Source of the DNA: Selaginella moellendorffii
Lineage: Eukaryota; Plantae; Lycopodiophyta
NCBI RefSeq assembly: GCF_000143415.4
Contig: NW_003314266.1
Span: 1,820,463-1,884,462 of the forward strand
Direction of reading: 5' to 3'
DNA length: 64,000 nucleotides
This document shows positions 61,460-64,000 of this stretch, one piece after another (the first letter of the stretch is position 1; every line of letters starts with the position of its first letter). The position numbers and the translations under genes are program-made. The notes beneath the pieces were generated by a model that was not told the DNA's origin, did not search any database, and saw nothing but the letters and a program-made list of their open reading frames with translations.

Positions 61460-61840
61460 CCAAAAGTATAATAGGGATAGTGAGGTTTAGGAACCAGTTT
61501 TGAAGGAACTCTCCAGTGGTGCTTTTAAACTGACTTAAGGTTGAGGGACCTTGGGTAGGAGTGAGTATAAACTCGGGTGGTGCCGAAGGGGCCACCCAAG
61601 GAAGTGCTTAAGAGCAGCTCCCACTCTCAGAAGGGAAACCAACTACGGTGCTTTCGGCTCATATGGAGTGGTGCCCCACTTAAATACCTTATGGCTCATT
61701 AGTCTTTGCCCTTCCTAGGGGCTTGGGCCTTCCCTTTGGGATGGAAGTGGGGGAGTAGGGGTACTTATACTAGGATATTAGGCCCTGATGTTTCCCCTCA
61801 GTGTTCTGAAGTAAGTGTTGCACCCAAGGTTTGGGATTTA
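61460..61840 (+). repeat. Continuation of the LTR interrupted by the MULE
   Basis: Begins with the TSD; 61490-61840 is homologous to 3178-3541. Confidence 0.75.
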
Positions 61841-62845
61841 AACCAAACTGGCCTTTCCTGGCCAAACTGGCTCCACTGCAGTCCTCCCCCTTACTATACT
61901 TTTGGAGCTCACCAAACCCCCCAGGGTCTGGGAGACGAACGCTTTGGGCTTTCACCCTCTCAGACTCGAACTCGGACTCGGACTCGGTCTCGGACTCGGA
62001 CTCGGACTTGGACTCGGACTCGGACTCGGACTCAGCCTTGGCCTCGGTCTCAGTCTCGATCCCGATCTCGGTCTTGGTTTGGATCTCAGTCTCGATCTCG
62101 GTCTTGGTCTCAGTCTCGGTCTCGATCCCAGTCTCGGTCTCGACCTCGGACTCCATCTCAGGTCCTTCTCAGACTCCATCTCAGATTCCATCTCGGGTCC
62201 ATCTCGGACTCCATCTCGGACTCCGTTTCGGTCCTTCTCGGACTCCATCTCAGGTCCATCATGAACTCCACCTTAGTCCATCTCAAACTTCATCTCGGAA
62301 TCCATCTCGGACTCCATTTTGGACTCCGTCTTGGTCCACCTCGGACTCCATCTCGGACTCCGTCTCGGTCCATCTCGGTTCATCTTGGACTCCATCTCGG
62401 ACTCCACCTCGGACTCCAACTCGGGTCCATCTCGGACTCCATCTCGGACTCCACCTCGGACTCCATCTCGGACTCCACCTCGGACTCCATCTTGGTCCAT
62501 CTCGGACTCCATCTCGGACTCCACGTCAGACTCCAACTCAGTCCATCTCGGACTCCATCTCGGACTCCACCTCGGACTCCAACTCGGGTCCATCTCGGAC
62601 TCTATCTCGGACACTTCCACGTGTCATGTGTTGGTCCTTTTGGGTCCCTTTTTGGAGCCTCGTTTTTTGCTCACTTCATGCTCGTTCCTTGAGCACTCCG
62701 TTGGGAGTTCCACTCCTGCTCTCAACCTTTCAAGTTGGAGCCTTTTAGTCCAAACGTGTTACGCTCGTTTGGCTTTCGTTTTGGCCACCACCACGTGGCA
62801 CCCTTTCGGCTCCACTTTTGGGGCCTAGGGATTTTGTGTCTCACA
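61841..62845 (-). repeat. LTR in minus orientation with large (GAGTCC)n/(GAGATGGAGTCC)n array
   Basis: Starts TGTGA at 62845 on the minus strand, directly after a purine-rich PPT-like GGGTGGTGGAG. Hexamer array at ~61962-62612. Confidence 0.7.
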
Positions 62846-64000
62846 ACTCCACCACCCATAGACGAAGTTCGATGTCCTCATCGAACAGTAAAACCCCTTT
62901 TATATAATAACACATGCTTGTATTAGCATTTCCATCCTTGGCACCCAGCCAAAGTTTGTCAATGGTTTAACACTAAAGGCTCACTAGGCCTTATCCATCC
63001 TCTAAGGAGCTTAGTCTCTCCAACTTAGAGACTTACTCAACCACCTGGGGTCGTTTGCTCCCTTTTATTGGTTCAGTTCTCGCTAAACACATTAGAAACA
63101 CCCTCTCTAACTTAATTCCACTACTCATTCTCGAGTAGTTTCAAATTCCATTGCCATAACCTTTGCACTTTGGAACTTTTAATTTTGACTTCTCAAAGTC
63201 AATTTCCTAAGTGTCTCCGACACCTTACGTTGCACATGGTGCAACTCCACTTCCCTATCCTAAGAAGTTCTTTACTTGAGGGTACTATCATCCTCTCTCC
63301 GATATCGTGCCACCTTTGGCATTAAGTTCCAGTTATCATAATTGGTGCTAGAGCTGCCCACGGCCCTATTATTTGGCTACCTTAGCGCTCCCCCCTTTGG
63401 AGCATCCACTTTCGCCAAATTGGAGAAGTTGGGAATCCACTCTAGGGAAACATTGCCTTTCTCACAATCTGTTAGCACCCAACATATTAGTGTTCTCAGC
63501 ATAACTTTGCCATTTGGATTCTTTCCCATGATTCCCATGGCTCTTTTCTTAGCCACTAGTCTTTTGCTCCTATCCTTGATTGTTGCACCCAGCAACATAG
63601 GATTGCTACCTCCATTTTCGAAGTTTCGTTTCAGTTCCATAGCAAACACTTTGCTTTGCCAAGTCCAGCGGGTGTTCACCCCTAGTACGTCTCTTTAACA
63701 TTTTCTACTATGGGCTCTATCCACAGCCCAACTTTTGAAATCCTCCCTTGGATCTCTTATAGAGACTACCTTCCTCGGACTTACTATGCCACAGTATCGA
63801 CATAGCTCATTTCCCTTAGGTGTTCTTCCCACTTAGTTACCTTCACCAAGCCAAACCATTATCAATAGTTCAAATCAACACTTTAAACTAGGAATCATAT
63901 TCCTTAACCCAAACAAAGACTTTATCCTTGTTTAGCCACAAGATCACCTAGTGATCTCATCTTGACCCCTTAATAGGTGTACCAATAGGAACTAGGTCTT
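62846..64000 (-). mobile_element. 3' internal region of a degenerate LTR retroelement
   Basis: Lies upstream of the PPT/LTR on the minus strand; no intact ORF. Confidence 0.45.

Noticed and set aside
61706-62828. Long ORFs in several frames (up to 328 aa; SD/RT/LG repeats)
   Set aside because: Artefacts of the stop-free hexamer array in the LTR.

Overview
Eukaryotic nuclear DNA from a compact land-plant genome. Very short introns (45-60 nt), dense gene packing and the style of the PLS-PPR gene suggest the lycophyte Selaginella; this is an inference. Two gene islands alternate with decayed transposon blocks. The first (9.1-22.6 kb) holds an O-fucosyltransferase, a Crinkler-like NTPase/nuclease, an SRF LRR-kinase and an unknown acylated protein. 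The second (33.6-47.7 kb) holds CBS, ERD7-like, ASI1-like, START, proteasome beta-4, thioredoxin and PPR genes. The main finding is a ~12-kb Mutator-like DNA transposon (49426-61459) with imperfect TIRs and a perfect 9-bp TSD (CCAAAAGTA), inserted in an LTR. Besides a GCM/DDE/SWIM transposase, it carries a divergently oriented, intron-containing gene that fuses a ParB/Srx-like domain to a prokaryote-type beta-class amino (N6A/N4C) DNA methyltransferase domain, plus two paralogous Cys/His-rich ORFs. This copy is inactivated by transition-type stop codons. The Ty3/gypsy remnant at the window start shows a precise in-frame inversion and an intron-like 47-nt insertion in its integrase.
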